This document shows, in pieces, positions 1 through 14,000 of a DNA stretch of 64,000 bases (position 1 is the first letter of the stretch; every line of letters starts with the position of its first letter). Where the stretch lies: positions 15,314,001 to 15,378,000 of the forward strand of contig CM119380.1 of assembly GCA_051294905.1 (NCBI GenBank), written 5' to 3'. The translations under genes were made by a program, and so were the position numbers. The notes beneath the pieces were generated by a model. That model was not told the origin of the DNA. It did no database searches and was given only the letters and a program-made list of their open reading frames with translations. The DNA comes from Botryllus schlosseri. Taxonomy: Eukaryota.

Positions 1-51
1 TGGAAATAACTTCAACGAGCCGCGGAATAAAGAAGAAAGAACTGTGACATT

Positions 52-560
52 CAAGTTCAAGGTCAAGTTTATTCATAAAATTTCATCACTTCAAAACATC
101 ACAAGACTACAATGCAATGAAAGATACGAAGATGCCGAAAAGACTAGAAGGTATTTGAGATCAGATACCCACCTGGGCCTAGGCGATGTAAAGAGGAGGC
201 ATTGAATGAAAGTAAAAGATGATAATATAAAATGACAAGCGTTAAAATCAGGTGGGAAGTGATGCAAGGCGAGATCGATATGTCAGGTCGTGGTCCGGTA
301 AATGCAGAGGGCTGACTAGTATTCATTCAGTAGAAATTGCTTGTATTTCGACTTGAATGTGAACAGCTGGACATGCTCGAGGACTGTCGGATAGCCGGCG
401 AGATACTGTTCCACACTTCAGGTCCGACATATTTGATGGAGCAATGATCTTTTTGTCAACGATCCAATAGTTGGACGACGTGGACGCACGTGTGTCGTAC
501 TTATGCACTTTTGATACCGTGGTAAAGAAGTCATTGAAGTTCTCGGGGCAGTGGCCGCAG
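52..560 (-). mobile_element. 3' end of a non-LTR retrotransposon (CR1/L2-like): frameshifted ORF2 C-terminus, 3' UTR and tandem-repeat tail
   Basis: Minus strand gives HKYDTR / SIKYVGPEVWNSISPAIR / FKSKYKQFLLNEY* across frameshifts, then AATAAA and (CTTGAA/CTTGAC)n. Confidence 0.7.
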
Positions 561-574
561 AGGAACTGACATTA

Positions 575-815
575 GTATCAGTATCAGTTCATTAATAATT
601 TCATCGTTTCAAAACATCACAAAACTGCGATACAATGAAAAGATAGGAAGGTTTCGAAACGACTTGTAGTAGTCTTTGATATCAGACACCCACCTTGGCC
701 TAGGCGAAGTAGAGAAGAGGCATGCATACACTGAATGAAAAGTAAAGCAGAGAATATAAAACGCAAGCGACAAAATGATGTGGCCTGTGGTGCACACTAT
801 AGGTCGAGGTGGATG
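575..815 (-). mobile_element. Second copy of the same LINE-like 3' UTR
   Basis: Aligns with 60..300 (ACATCACAA...CACCTTGGCCTAGGCGA...TGAATGAAA); tail (TGATAC)n on the minus strand. Confidence 0.7.
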
Positions 816-1892
816 CCAACTGCGACCGCTACTGGTATCGTATCGCTATCGGTATCCGTCTATCTGTTCATTACATCGCATTGTGTCTCATCGCATTGTA
901 CATTGTGTGTTTCTTGTCTAAATAAAAAATATAATCTAACGATTGTTACGATTACTACCTCTGTATAATTTCTCGAACAGCAGATGAAAATTGTCAGAAT
1001 CGACGAAAAATTCTTTTATGGGATTATTTTACTGTTTTTGCCACCAGTTCACACAAGTTGAGTATTGCAACCTTGTGACGTTTTTTAAATGATGAAATTG
1101 CTGAACCAGCAATGGTTGTGCTTAGAGAATCACAAATTTACCAAGGTATTTTCTTGCCTAGAATTTTCTTTACGGAATCCGGTAGGTGGTAGCGCTGAGT
1201 CTTTCAGAACTCATCCACACATGCTAGTCAGTATCGTGTCGTTATCTACGTTCCCTGTATTCAGCATGATAATTTCATTCTTACTTATAAAATAGAAGAC
1301 AGGAAATCAGTCGACGAAGTCGCCGCAGTGTGTGTCAGCGGCTTTCGCGGTAGACAAAGCCCGTCGAGACTTGGCCGTAAAACTTTCTTCTTACTGTCTC
1401 GGTTTCAGTGAGTCATACTTTAAGTGTGATTAGATATATAAGTTATTCACTTTAGATATCAGGTATTTGTCATTTATTGACAGGGTATCGTTTACGACGC
1501 CTCTGGCCGATTTCAGGCGACAAGGTGGCATACAAGCGCTAGAAATGATTAGACATTTTTATTGATACGTACATGAACCATGTTTCACACAAATATTTGC
1601 TTTACTTAGCTGCGATAGTCAGGTTACTAACAATGGAATCGTGCTGGCATGCGTTAACCGGATAGTCTTGAGATAAGACGCGAGGGCACGTGCTGGATAC
1701 AATGTATCGTTGCTTAGCTTGGAAATAATGATCGGTTTGGAGAGCGTCATTTCGCTAATTTTGCCAATGCCTTTATCAGAGTAATCAGCGATAGCTCAAG
1801 GGTATGAAAAAAGTCTGAAAAATTTGAACCATACTCAAAGTGTCAGGTCGAACTTACTGACCTTTGGCGGAATTATACCTGCTGGAACGAAC

Positions 1893-2098
1893 ATGGGGCC
1901 GTTTCGTCGGACATTGCTCATGCTGTTTTGCACCTCGGTGATTACGTGCGCCGTTTCCGGGCAAAGGCTCAGCGCACGGAGGCGCATTCGACACCACTGC
2001 CCGACCAAGTGTTTGTGCTTAACTGCAGCGTCTACAGTTAGATGCATGCATGAACAATTGGTCAGAATTCCCCGGATACCGCGGGACACGCTGATATT
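1893..2098 (+). CDS. PXDN: Peroxidasin exon 1: signal peptide and LRRNT
   Basis: [23 protein letters not shown]...[28 protein letters not shown]; donor GTAAGT at 2099, phase 2. Confidence 0.9.
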
Positions 2099-5000
2099 GT
2101 AAGTAATGCATGTTTCATCCTCGTCCTGTGGTGATCAATGTGAAATGCAGGAATAAATGTTAGAATCACTACAAGGCGATAGCCGTCTCTTGAAGTGAAC
2201 ACTACCCACATAATTCACGTGGTAGTCGTAGAATCATTAGAAGCAGAATGTTTCCAAGACTATGAAAAAACACTATCACATGAAATGTAACTGCTCTTTT
2301 CAATGTATGCTTCTATCACCTCGGTGATAATGCTCTTAATGTATATGAACGGGATAATCATATATATGTATACGAATCTATATGAATCGCACAAAAGGGT
2401 TTTGAGTGAAAACTACAGGCTCGTATAGAACACCCTGCCCTTGTATTTCACTAGCTACTGTTATGAATTCGGAGGTGTCACTTATTTTACGCCCTCTGCG
2501 ACTATCCTTGAACAAACTTTGGTAGGTTGGAATAGGAATTCCACCAATTATATTGAACGCTCCAAATCGCCCGTGCCAAATTAAACAATGAGAAGATAGT
2601 CAGATAAATGAGGTACTTGCCTTATGGTGACCTTTCGGAAATTTGATATACCCATCCTAAATAATGTGGTGGTTGCGATGTGTCTGTATTCTTGTCTTAT
2701 CAACAAAACATGACAAGTCTCTGTTATGACCCAAAACGCCGGCGGTATCTGTCGGCTTTACTTGTGGGAAACCTACACTTGTCGATCAACCTGTAGATTG
2801 ATTCCCGTCAAGAAAACACTTCTGTTGAAGTTCGAATGCAATCCAGAAACAATTTCGAGAACATGAACACCGCATCGTAATGACTTGATCACGAAAGTGG
2901 ATCTTCTTCAGGAAACATCAAAGTCGAATTACAATTGTTGACTAAACTACAGACAGGAAACCTCAATACGAAATTGAGTAATAACGCCGAACAAAGTCTG
3001 TTGATTTCACGGGATCTTGATGTGCTACACTTGGCATCAATGCAGGATTACAGGAACAACATTGTGATTGGCACTTATCTCTTGTGTTTGGATTTGATGA
3101 CTTTATTTCCGAAGATGTGTTAAATTGTCTTATGGAAATTTCTGTACGAAAACAATAAACTACAACTATAGTAACCAAGAATCGCTGTGGTATTCACGAA
3201 AGGTAGATTAGTTCGTAAATCTGGTTAATGTTCCTACCGGACACTCTAACGGTCTGTTCGGGAACATATTCTATATGCGTGAAAAGCATACCTATGTCTA
3301 CATCATATAACATGTATTAAAGTTGCCGGCACAGAGCACAAGCACACGTACACGTCCCATAGTTTACAAGGTACACTGTGTAAATATATATCTACTATAG
3401 CCATATGTCACTCGACCGAAGTGGGACAAGTTCACTGACATTTGCCGCATGAATATTGACGGTTATGAGTGAATTTTGACTCACCGGAGTTCCATCAATT
3501 CATTCGGTAGTTGATAGTTTTTCAACAATCTTGAAGGTGTCTGTGCTGGCTTTTGGTCACAAAGAATTAGGGACACGTTGTAAACCATGAATATTCGTCG
3601 GAATAGCCTCTCTTATTTCGCATAGTCTTCCCGCTCTGCTATCAAAGTGGTATAAAATTCTCGTCTCGATATCCATGCAATGCTACTTGCGTTGTTTGAT
3701 TTGACTACGGGTACCCACTTATGACGTGGTTCAGATTCTTTCGAGAATCAAATCTTACCCTCTTGAGAGTCTCAAAATACCAAACGATTAATCAACAGGT
3801 TGGGCGTAATCGGCGAATTCCGTCAGCGGACTAGCCATTCACATAATTCTTGGAACACACAAGACACAATACCAGCGACGACAGCCGCCACCATTCCAAG
3901 CAGTCTTCGCAGAATTGAATTTGTTACCGTGGTGACGTAATCATTCATTACTAGACCGGTTGGGAAAATCAGCTGATCCGTCCTGCGCAGGCGAACTCAC
4001 TCGGCCGTAGCTTACTTTGACTTGGGACTCTCATAACATTCGTACTTGATGGGGTTGGTGTTAAGTTACAACCGGAAGGCAAACAACAACAACATTATGA
4101 CAAACCGCGATGATTTATTTGTCTGGTTAATTGATCGTGGGTGTGAACGAATCTTACGCATTGATGAGTGAGATTGAGTGACCTGTTGGTCAATTATGAC
4201 CCAGAGATGGTAATTCACGCCTTGTTTTATAATGCATGTGGCACCATCTCACGAGGGTGGATGGGAGTCAGCATATTCGAGAAAGCTGATCCTCGATTGA
4301 AATCTCCTCCTCAACAGAGACTCGCATTGGGCCGCATCGTATTATTTCACCATGATTTTGTAGATATTGCTGGACCGTTAAATGCACGGCACTCCACCGC
4401 ACATAACCGCCAACCGTAACTTATCACTGCGCAATTCCAGAGTAGTTTGGATTAGGTCAATTTTCCTGGAAAACGGCTTGCATGCTGCCTAATTATACCT
4501 TAATTCACTTACGTAACATGAACTGCATAACTAAAAACAAGGATTTGAGATCTTGCGCAATTTTGAACGCATCGCGTGCTACATCCGACGGTGTTGCTCT
4601 TGATTATCGCCAATTCGTTATCAATTTTGCTGACAGCTATACAATTTAAAGAATACTGAGTGCTCCTTCACCAAGAACAAAGAAATGCGGGCCAGAACCG
4701 ATAAGTCACGTCACTAAGTTGATATTTCTAACGCGAAGAATTCGCGCACAAACAAAGCACCGACTAGAGAGAATGTTATGTTGTTTCAAAATTACTGGGC
4801 GGTGTGTCGTAGGTATCATCTGTAAGCAACTGGAAAATACTGGTCATGAATGAGTCATGGTTGTCGTTCAAACACATATATATTCCCAATGGTAGATAAT
4901 AGGGATGGTGTGAACGCGAGGTTCACGTTCGCGTTCTGTGCGTGAACCTGGGAAATTTAGAGGTTCGCGTTCACAACAGAACCTTGGTAGGTTCTGCACT

Positions 5001-8000
5001 GTGAACCTTTTTCATATATAACAATTTTCACTTCATTATAACATCGTTGGTTCAAATTTATTGCATTTCAACTGCAGGCCACTCCATGCATGGCGCTGGC
5101 AGCATAAAATAATCAACACTAAACGAGCATGCATCTTGACAATCTCAAAAGTTTCACTTGCTTTGTTGCAAAAGTTTGCTAGAAAGATCCAGCTTTCCGT
5201 TTGTAAATATCAGGGATATATAGAACTCCGGGATGGCTGACTCCTTCGATTGCGTCATCACGGTCATACACAAGTAGGGTCATTTTTGCGCACTCACTTC
5301 AGATAGGATTGTTGACAGCGCTTTGTCTGTTTATACACTTGGAGACTTGGAATTACCTTTCTGGTTTGTGATTGCTGGTGGATGCGTATGATATCAATAT
5401 TTATAATTGTTTATAAAGCTAGAGGACACATGTGATGTTCAGGTAGTTGATTTTTAGCAGTATTGGTTACCGGTATGTAGCTTCAGCTGCAGGTTATTAC
5501 CGGCACTACCGGTATGCCGGTACCGTACGATATATCGCTGGTATTCGGAATATCTCCGCTTATCGAGTATGTTTTGCTACATTGATAAGCGTAAGTGTAT
5601 ATCAGGATGTAGCAGAATGTTGAGAATTACATTTCAGGAAGATTTTAGTATTGATTACGTTATGCATTGATGACTGATCTGATGCTATAGAACTGCATAA
5701 TAAACTAAGTCCTAGGCTGTACTGTACAGTGTACAGTACAGTGACTGCTGCCAGTTTAGAGTGACTTCGTCTGTTAGGATTTTATGTGATATGTTAATTG
5801 ATAATTATAGTTTGTCCGTGCTACTTTCCTATTTGTAGGTAACATGATGCAGAACAAAGGAAAGAAAGGAGTATCGAACGAGCCTAACGGTTCTATACCC
5901 ATGGTTTGCCATAAGACAGTTATATAGTTGTATAGCGTGAAATGACCAAAAATTGCAGCCTCTAAGTAACAGTATGGAAGTTGCATTTCAGTCAGACAGT
6001 CAGGATGATTTTTAGACTTTTACGTAAAATACAAACCCTTGGAGCATGGTAGTGCTACAATACAGAACATGGTAGTTAGAAGTTAACATAATTGTATAAC
6101 AGTCCAGGCACCATTTAAATTCAATCTGTCTTTACAGATACGGAACCGATAGGCTACTAGTGACACATAAATATGTTTGTTAATGACTGGCAATCAAATG
6201 CCACTATACTGGAAAGATACCTCCGTTGCAGTGAACTGTAAAGAATGACGGACACAAAATATAGCATTTGCTGGCCACTGAAACTTTTGAAGATACAAAA
6301 CAGGACTATTCATCACATCAATCGACTTGATGTCGGCCACTCCCTCATGATGGATAAGTTAACTGTATCGTCAGGATGAGGCAATTGGGAAAAGCTGTGA
6401 TAAAAACTCTGGAAACTGCATCAAAGTTTAAAAGGTTTTGTCAAACCCTTGCAACACAGCCAGGACCTCTCCTCAGCATGCATGGGTAAGTTTGTCTGAT
6501 TCTGGTGAGCTTTATCAAATGAAGGATTGAAATCCATCTAAATATACTGTTGTCTGTGTGTTGAGCGAATCAACTGTTTATGGCTTGAGGTAGGCTACTA
6601 TGCTACAGTAAAGATCATCCTGCCATTTTATCAACTGTGCATTTTGTCGACATTATACTCAATAGCTGGAATATTATGGCAGTTAAATCAGCGGTTGTCA
6701 CTTCTCAACCTTTTTGATCTTGCACACCTTGCAACTTAAATTGCATATAGGACTAATGTATGCAAATAAAAACTATATATTTGGAACAACATTTAATGTC
6801 TTTTGATATAATATGTGGTGCTAATGAAGTTTCTGCAAGGGTTCTGCCACCAACTTCTGTTTGATTGCTTTTGAAAGAAATACCGGCAGCTTATCAGTTT
6901 TCTAGTTCCTCTGTTCCACTGCTGAAGATCGCTAAATTGTACAGTCCAAATTTAAATATCTTTTTGTGATAGTCTTGTAGCTTTTCCGTATAACTGTTGC
7001 TAAAAGAGGTGTAGGATATTTCGTTCCGTACACTTGCAGCGTTGTGACGGACATCAAGACCAAAGTAGACTATGAGCTCTATATTATGACACCATGCAGA
7101 AAAATCCGATTCAATCTGAAATTTGATGTTCCTTTCTCTAATGGACTTCATGCTCTTGGAATAGGAAAAATCTAACATATTTGGCGGTTGAGAACCACTG
7201 GGTTGAATCGATTCTGGGGATCCCCAGATCAATCTATTCTTAATGATTGGGTTTATGGTTGATTTGTATCACTAGTTTATTAATTTTTGTTGCAGAATTC
7301 TGAAACGAAATGCGACGTTCCATCCTGTACATCACATCATCAGTGGATATCCTGCTATACTATACTTGCGTTATCATCTGTAAATTTGGGTCTTGTGTCT
7401 CAGCAGCAACGCTTTAAATATCTATTCAGTCCATTGAATCAGCTATCATCCTATCCGAAACTCTTCAAGAGAGAGAGAGATTATATTCTTTTTCGCCTGT
7501 ACCGTCGAGAAGCTATATACGACCGTAAGGTCACCTAGTCTGCTACCCCCCCCCCCCGTTTCTTTTTCTCCTCCGGATACCAGTTTTCGGGTCTTTGGTA
7601 TGACCCGGCCTGGAATCGGACCTACGACCTACCGATCGAGAAGCCGACGCATCGCCATTACACATAATTTCAAATACTTGTGAATTGGTATCGAACCCCT
7701 CAGAAGCTTGATTCGGGATGTACTGCACAGCCAATGACGATTAAGCTCAGGAATGTCTATCGATGAAAAAGTGGAGGAATATTTGGCGTGTTGTAGTATT
7801 CGAAAGAGCCCTTACAATTCAAAAAGTCCCGGTCATCATATAGGCCTATTTACTCTTCCCTGATTGACTTATATTACTTCTCCCAAATACTTTTCAAAAA
7901 TATCATTCGCGCTGAAAAAGTTTGGAAAACAATGTATTGAACGTTTAGAAAATGCTGATTTTCTTCGTTATCCACCTTTCTATGTATTACATCTGGGTAA

Positions 8001-11000
8001 ATTTAGGCTAATTTGAAGTATACAACTGTATTCATGATTTATTTACTGAATGAAATTAATGATATTCAACGTTGTAAGAGTTTGCTTATTTGTCTGTATA
8101 GCATAAAGATTGAGGTATGGGAAGACCCATGTTTCCTAGAATGTCTTGCTTACTCACCAGGAAGGCGGCAAAAGGTGAAGGAACCTGAATGTATAAACAC
8201 CTACATCGCTAACTTGCGAAAAATGTGAAGATTTCGAGATAGATTGCAGCTTGATATATAGCCCTACTTATGTATAGGTCAAAAAGAAGTCAGCCATCCC
8301 GGAGTTCTATATATCCCTGGTAAATATATAGTGACTCTCTGCTGCGAGCTTGACCCGCAATCACAAAACATCACGAGCGAAATAAGCTATGTAGTCATTG
8401 AATGATGCTTATTCGACCAATCAATGAGATTGATATCGTTTTCTGATGTAAAAAATCTAGCAGGCGCACGGGGTCAATCTTGACTTCATGTTTACGATAT
8501 CATTAAAACCAAATCGGTGCAATTGAGGTGTTGGCTATACTGCTGTATATTTTGTTATTGGGGTAATATCAGTAGCAAGCATAGATACCCGATTCACACC
8601 ATGATCAAAATCAATGTAGCAATACTCGGATGCCGAATACATTTTCCGGTCTATCATACGAAAAAGGTGATTTAAGTCTGATTTGAGTCAAGTCATGACT
8701 CGAGCCATCCCAACACTGCTACAAGGCTATATCTGCATCTTCCTTGCCCGGCGGCATATCCACATAATGTAATCATGGTATGCATATGCGCAGATCGTGT
8801 GTATGTATATCATGATTCGGTGTATATGCTGCAAAAACATCAAAGACAAAAATACACCTACCTTTCCTTATATTCCCTGGTAAGTCCTCGTCGAAATTGT
8901 TGGCAAAGGCGGAAGATATTGATTTTATGGGATTATTATATCATTTAATTGCCCCAGTTGATATATTTGGCGACGTTTAAAACGTCAATATATACTTCAG
9001 CATTGTGACGCTATGTTGCCCGAGTCGTCACTAGGTATCGTGTGCATTAATATAGGCTATCATTTCATTGAAGGATAGGGTTGGAATTAGCAATATGACG
9101 TCACGTGACGTCACGAGGTTCACGTTCGTGTTCACACAGAACCTTTCAAAAAGGTTCGCGTTCACACGAACCTGAACCTTTCAGAGGTTCACACCATCCC
9201 TAGTAGATAACTTTCACACAGATCGCTCGGAAATATATGAGTTAAATCATCGCATAAGGTATTAGTTTCTCCGTTACAATCACACGAGAATACACCGTGT
9301 GAATAGGAGGGCTAGCCTTTCCGAATCGCACGTATAAAGGCTTGCATTACAAGAGCATATACATCTCAATCATAATCGAACTATTATTATAAAAAATATT
9401 GTTTTTACGTATCAAATTAATGGCTAATGGCTCGCATTCAATAACGATTTTAATGAGGGGTAAGATCGGAAGGGTGATTATGACATTATTATTATGTCAT
9501 TATATCATCACATAACGATGTGCTGCTATGCCTTGCAAAGATAACGATGGTATTACTGTTCTTATTGCTCGATTCCACTAATTCTTCGTGGTGTAACCCA
9601 CAAAACTTCGTACGCGTGATTGAATGGTGGTTCAAAAAATCAACAACTGTCAAAAACATATCAATCCATTCGAAAGGTCTATTTTACATATTATATAATG
9701 AGCTCCAATTGTCATTTCTTGTCTTGAAATTGTAATATAATAGACGCATGGGAAGGCAGGTCTAAATATTAAGTATCACATCTCTAAGGTCTTGAAAATA
9801 TCGAATTGCAGGTAATCTCCATTTGCTGACTATATTATTCAAAATATGTGTGCTAAACAAGCTTCGGAGATGTCCTGTTTGCTATTAGTGATGTGTGACA
9901 ATTCACAGCTTGCACTTTATTCTGTAGCAAGTGGACGAAGTGGTGTCAGCGTTATTTATTACGCACCCGTGTTAACGGACACGGTGACAAGTCATATTTA
10001 GGTCTAGCAAGGGATGTGGTGCGAGCCCCGAAAGGTTCGAATTTGTTTGCGCTCGAACCTTACAAAAGCCTCGTTGTGGAGCACAATTTGACAAGATAAA
10101 AGTATGAAATCGTTTTAAAACTGTGGAGAATTCGCGGTAATATAATTAATGAGAAGCACGCAAATACAACTAATTTCGACGCTTCGTTGTTTTCCCCGCT
10201 GGTTGCAACCACGCCTGCGAACTGCAAGTGCGTGTGAGCTGAGCTCGGAGCAGATGTACGCACGAACAGGAAGTAGGGACCTCATGTACTATGATTGTGC
10301 AGTACATATTCTCTACGTTTTTGCGTCAACATCAATATCTAAGTGATTGATTGAATGTGAATAGCTCATCCTGTCCCGTCTGAGCACTTGTTTTTATGTT
10401 TCGTAGGGACATTCGATTCAATAACATTCGCGAGATTCGTGCCAACGATTTCAGAGGACTTTCAAGATTGCACTCACTGTAAGTATCATTTATTCCTGAT
10501 ATCACATATTTGAGAAACCATTCGATATTGTGAAATCTGTGGAATAATGCGAGGGAGCTTAGTACACGATCTCTTGCTTTTTAAAGAGTAAGGTTAGGAA
10601 TATATGACCACATGATCGTTGCGCGAATATTGGATGTTCTTTTAAATAGGCCTTTTGCGACGACGTTTAATGAGGTAAGGTAAAGCATTTTACGATAGAC
10701 AGGGTGGAAGAGAGTTTATCATACATTCTTAGCATTGATAATGATTTACTGCCGCAATCAAGCCTTGTCAGCAGTTTTATGGTAATCCAGGGTCTACGTT
10801 ATAAATGACTGAAGGCCCCGGGTATCCATTGCGATTTGCTGAGGTATTGACAAAACATTGCGTGGGGCGTAATTCGTGGCACAGCTGCAAGTGTGGTTGG
10901 TGCGAATACTTTGAAGTTACTTTGAAAACCGATGTGTAAACCGGGTTAACACCAAAGTGCGTTATGAGGATTACGAGAAAGTTACAAAATATGGCAATTT

Positions 11001-14000
11001 TCTTTTCTTCACATACTACAAAAAAAGTTCTTATGTATTGATAGGATATCCTTTGCTACCGAACTGCGCATGTGCAATGTGCATTGTGCATATTAGTCTA
11101 GCGGTCTCATTCGTGATTGTCTGATTGATAACAAAGCACTGGTAAATTTTAACTGCACTCACAACATCAAGCTCAACCGCAAAACACATGTTAAGCCTAA
11201 TCCGCTTCAGCCTATGAGCGACATAAGAAAAGCCTGCAATATACACACTGCCGCGTGTCTCTCCTTTTCGTTCGATGCAACCGCCGCCGCCGTTGCGCGA
11301 TTCACGTGTATTTGACGCACGTGCGTCATGTGGGCTGACACGCGCTTTCGCAAGCGAAGCGCACATTGTACCGTAAAGCATGATCCATATGCCCGACAAA
11401 TGCAGTAGTTGAGCCGATGGGCGCACGCTTCATACATTCGCCAGCATTGACTCTGATAAAGCAACCCCATTCTGTACAGTTACAATTGTATGAGTATATG
11501 GCTCCAGAGGTGGGTACTTTTCCGATTACTCAAGTAGATATGCCTACTTGTACTATCTACTCAATTTGTTATCATGTTACAACGTCCACTCATGCTTAAC
11601 AGTGTTTTAGGCAAAAGTTCTTTGTCTTTATATTTTGGATTTTTGTAAAGTCTAATGTGGTTCTGGGGTATGAACGAATCATGTTTATGCGTGAAATTGT
11701 CATTAAAACTGGGCGAAAGAGCCACTGTACATGTAATCACGGAAGAGGCCATATCCTATCAACTGCTAAAAGTATGAGACCCATCGACCAATATACTTTT
11801 GGGAACTAGTTTATTTAGTAACTCTCTGAGTGTAAATTGACGACGCTACTTCCACCTCTATTTGCGTACCAACACTGAATAATTTGACCGCCTCTGCATG
11901 GCTATCATTTCGAACTAGCACTTCCTCCGTGACACCATCGTATTGGTAACAGTTTGGATCTTCCTCAACGACAGTGTAATAACCTCATTCGGACGAGATT
12001 CATTATTAGCCAAAAATGTGCAAACTGAACAAATATACATTTGTACATACCCTGATTCTGATTGTGATATTTTGTCACTATCATGCCATCGCTAGTCCTT
12101 GCACCATTGCAAACATTGATACCGCGTAAACACTTTAGCAGTCGATAGTCGATACCATAACAATAAAATTCTGCGAATCAGAATGCTATGCATTCTTGCG
12201 AGATGTTTTGACAGAGTACCATGTACCTGAGTGGATTTGGCCCTTCGCTCGGATTTCATCGACAATACTTCGTTCTCACCAGAGCTGTTGTGTCTGCTGT
12301 GGTACCGCCGCCACTTACCGATATAGTTCAACGATCGGAAATTTACCGGCGTGAACATTGAAATGAATGAATAACGACTGCAAATAAATACTGGTTGGGT
12401 GGGGCGTGTGCACGAGAGAATTCCGAGGTAGTTTTTCAGTGGTAGTGTTCAAAAGCAGTGAATTTGTTCATAGCCTGGATTAGAAATCTTTCTCTATAGC
12501 AGTGGTTCCCAACCTTTTTTAGACACGGCCTCCTTTATGATAGTGAAAAATTTCGCGCCCTCCTTATCGTCATATCACAAAACCCAACCGGGATGCTAGC
12601 AACCTCAACAGATTGTTTGATGGCACGGAAGGTTATGAGTGTTGATGAGAAAATTAAAAATATGAAATTCGGTCTAAATATAGAGAAACACGCGTGAATT
12701 GGAGGTAAATCGCGCAGAGCGCGAAAAATTCTTTCAGTTGACCGCTTCTTCGCGCTCCCTCAGATGCTTTCACGCCCCCTGGTTGGGAACCACTGCTCTG
12801 TAGGGACATGTGAGAACTTCGTTTCGCTAGGTAAATAAATCACCCCCTACCTATGATGGTTTATTCGAGGAAATGCATGATTTAGTGTCAAACATGTCCC
12901 ATCCAACTATAATGACAGCTACTTACGACGATTCAAATTTACGAAAGTCATTACCATTTATAATGAATACCACTCTAGCATCAGTCAATTCATGCAAATG
13001 ATCATGTGATTGTCTGGAATCCAGACTGTTCTTTACACATGCGAGATTGAACGTTATTCTTGCTGTCCATGTATCTCTCATAGAATTTTGAGCAGGCCGT
13101 GTACTATTATTTAAGTCGTGTATATGTCCTGTTGACTCCTGTCTATACAATCGATAGCTAAGGTAATGAAAAAAGGCACGCATCAACCCGCATACTTATC
13201 AGTTACGTCGAGATATCAATTTTACAGTTCGCGAATCGTTGGCTTGAGCAGTATAGTAGTGCATCAAATGTTACGTTATTCGTAGACCATACGCCGGTTG
13301 TATTTGCAGACGAATCAAAATTATCGTCATGTGCTTCGAATATTGATCATGCTGGGCCAAAGTTTAGTGATAGGCAATACTAAAGTAGCAGAGCTTCCCT
13401 GCGCCTTCTGGACTACATCCGCCATACGAAAGATGAGCCACGTCCCAATACTACACAAGTTAGTTGAATACGACAGACATGCTTTAAAGACAACAAATAC
13501 CGCAAGAAACGCACAATTCGGCGCCAGCAACCGTGAATCACATGATCTTTTGAAAGTATCGGAATGTGTATCGTTTTTCGCGTATTTATCAATGTCTGTT
13601 TTCAAGACACTCCGGATCCCGGTTTCCTTGCGCACGCCGCAAGTAAGTGTTTTAAACACTTGAGCCGTGGCCTTTAATGTAGAAAAACCGCAAGACATCT
13701 GTCTGTAAAACAGCAACGACATTGGTAACACTGCACTTGCAGAATTTCACGAATGTTTGCAAGATACACTACCGGTAAACCGATAGGTACGGCGATTCCG
13801 AACATCTTGATCAGACCAGTAGCGGTCATCACTTTACTCTGATTTCAATGGGAGCGCCATTTCAAGAACATCCATGGGTCATCGATATATCTTCAGCAAG
13901 GTTTCACACGGTTTCCATTTTCAGCGAAGCTCCAAAGTATCCCGCGTCGAGTGTATTTGATTCGTTGCTCCATCAAGCATAATGGACACTTGATCGCCAT

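Larger units (their letters stand above)
4900..9202. mobile_element. hAT-type non-autonomous element (family A) carrying nested insertions
   Basis: TIR TAGGGATGGTGTGAAC/GTTCACACCATCCCTA; exact 8-bp TSD GTAGATAA (4892..4899, 9203..9210); subterminal GTTCAC/GTGAAC arrays. Confidence 0.9.

Noticed and set aside
1290-1830. Possible promoter or non-coding first exon of peroxidasin
   Set aside because: No unambiguous core promoter motif; cannot be supported without transcript data.
7740-7860. Possible hAT dimerisation-domain relic (EKVEEYL) in element B
   Set aside because: Too short; the following conserved W-W and S-x-x-x-ER-x-FS motifs were not found.
13327-13731. 134-aa minus ORF faintly resembling a DIRS-type retroelement segment (ATLVLP...WPS)
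   Set aside because: Similarity too weak to support by eye; no flanking RT or recombinase motifs. Needs an HMM search.
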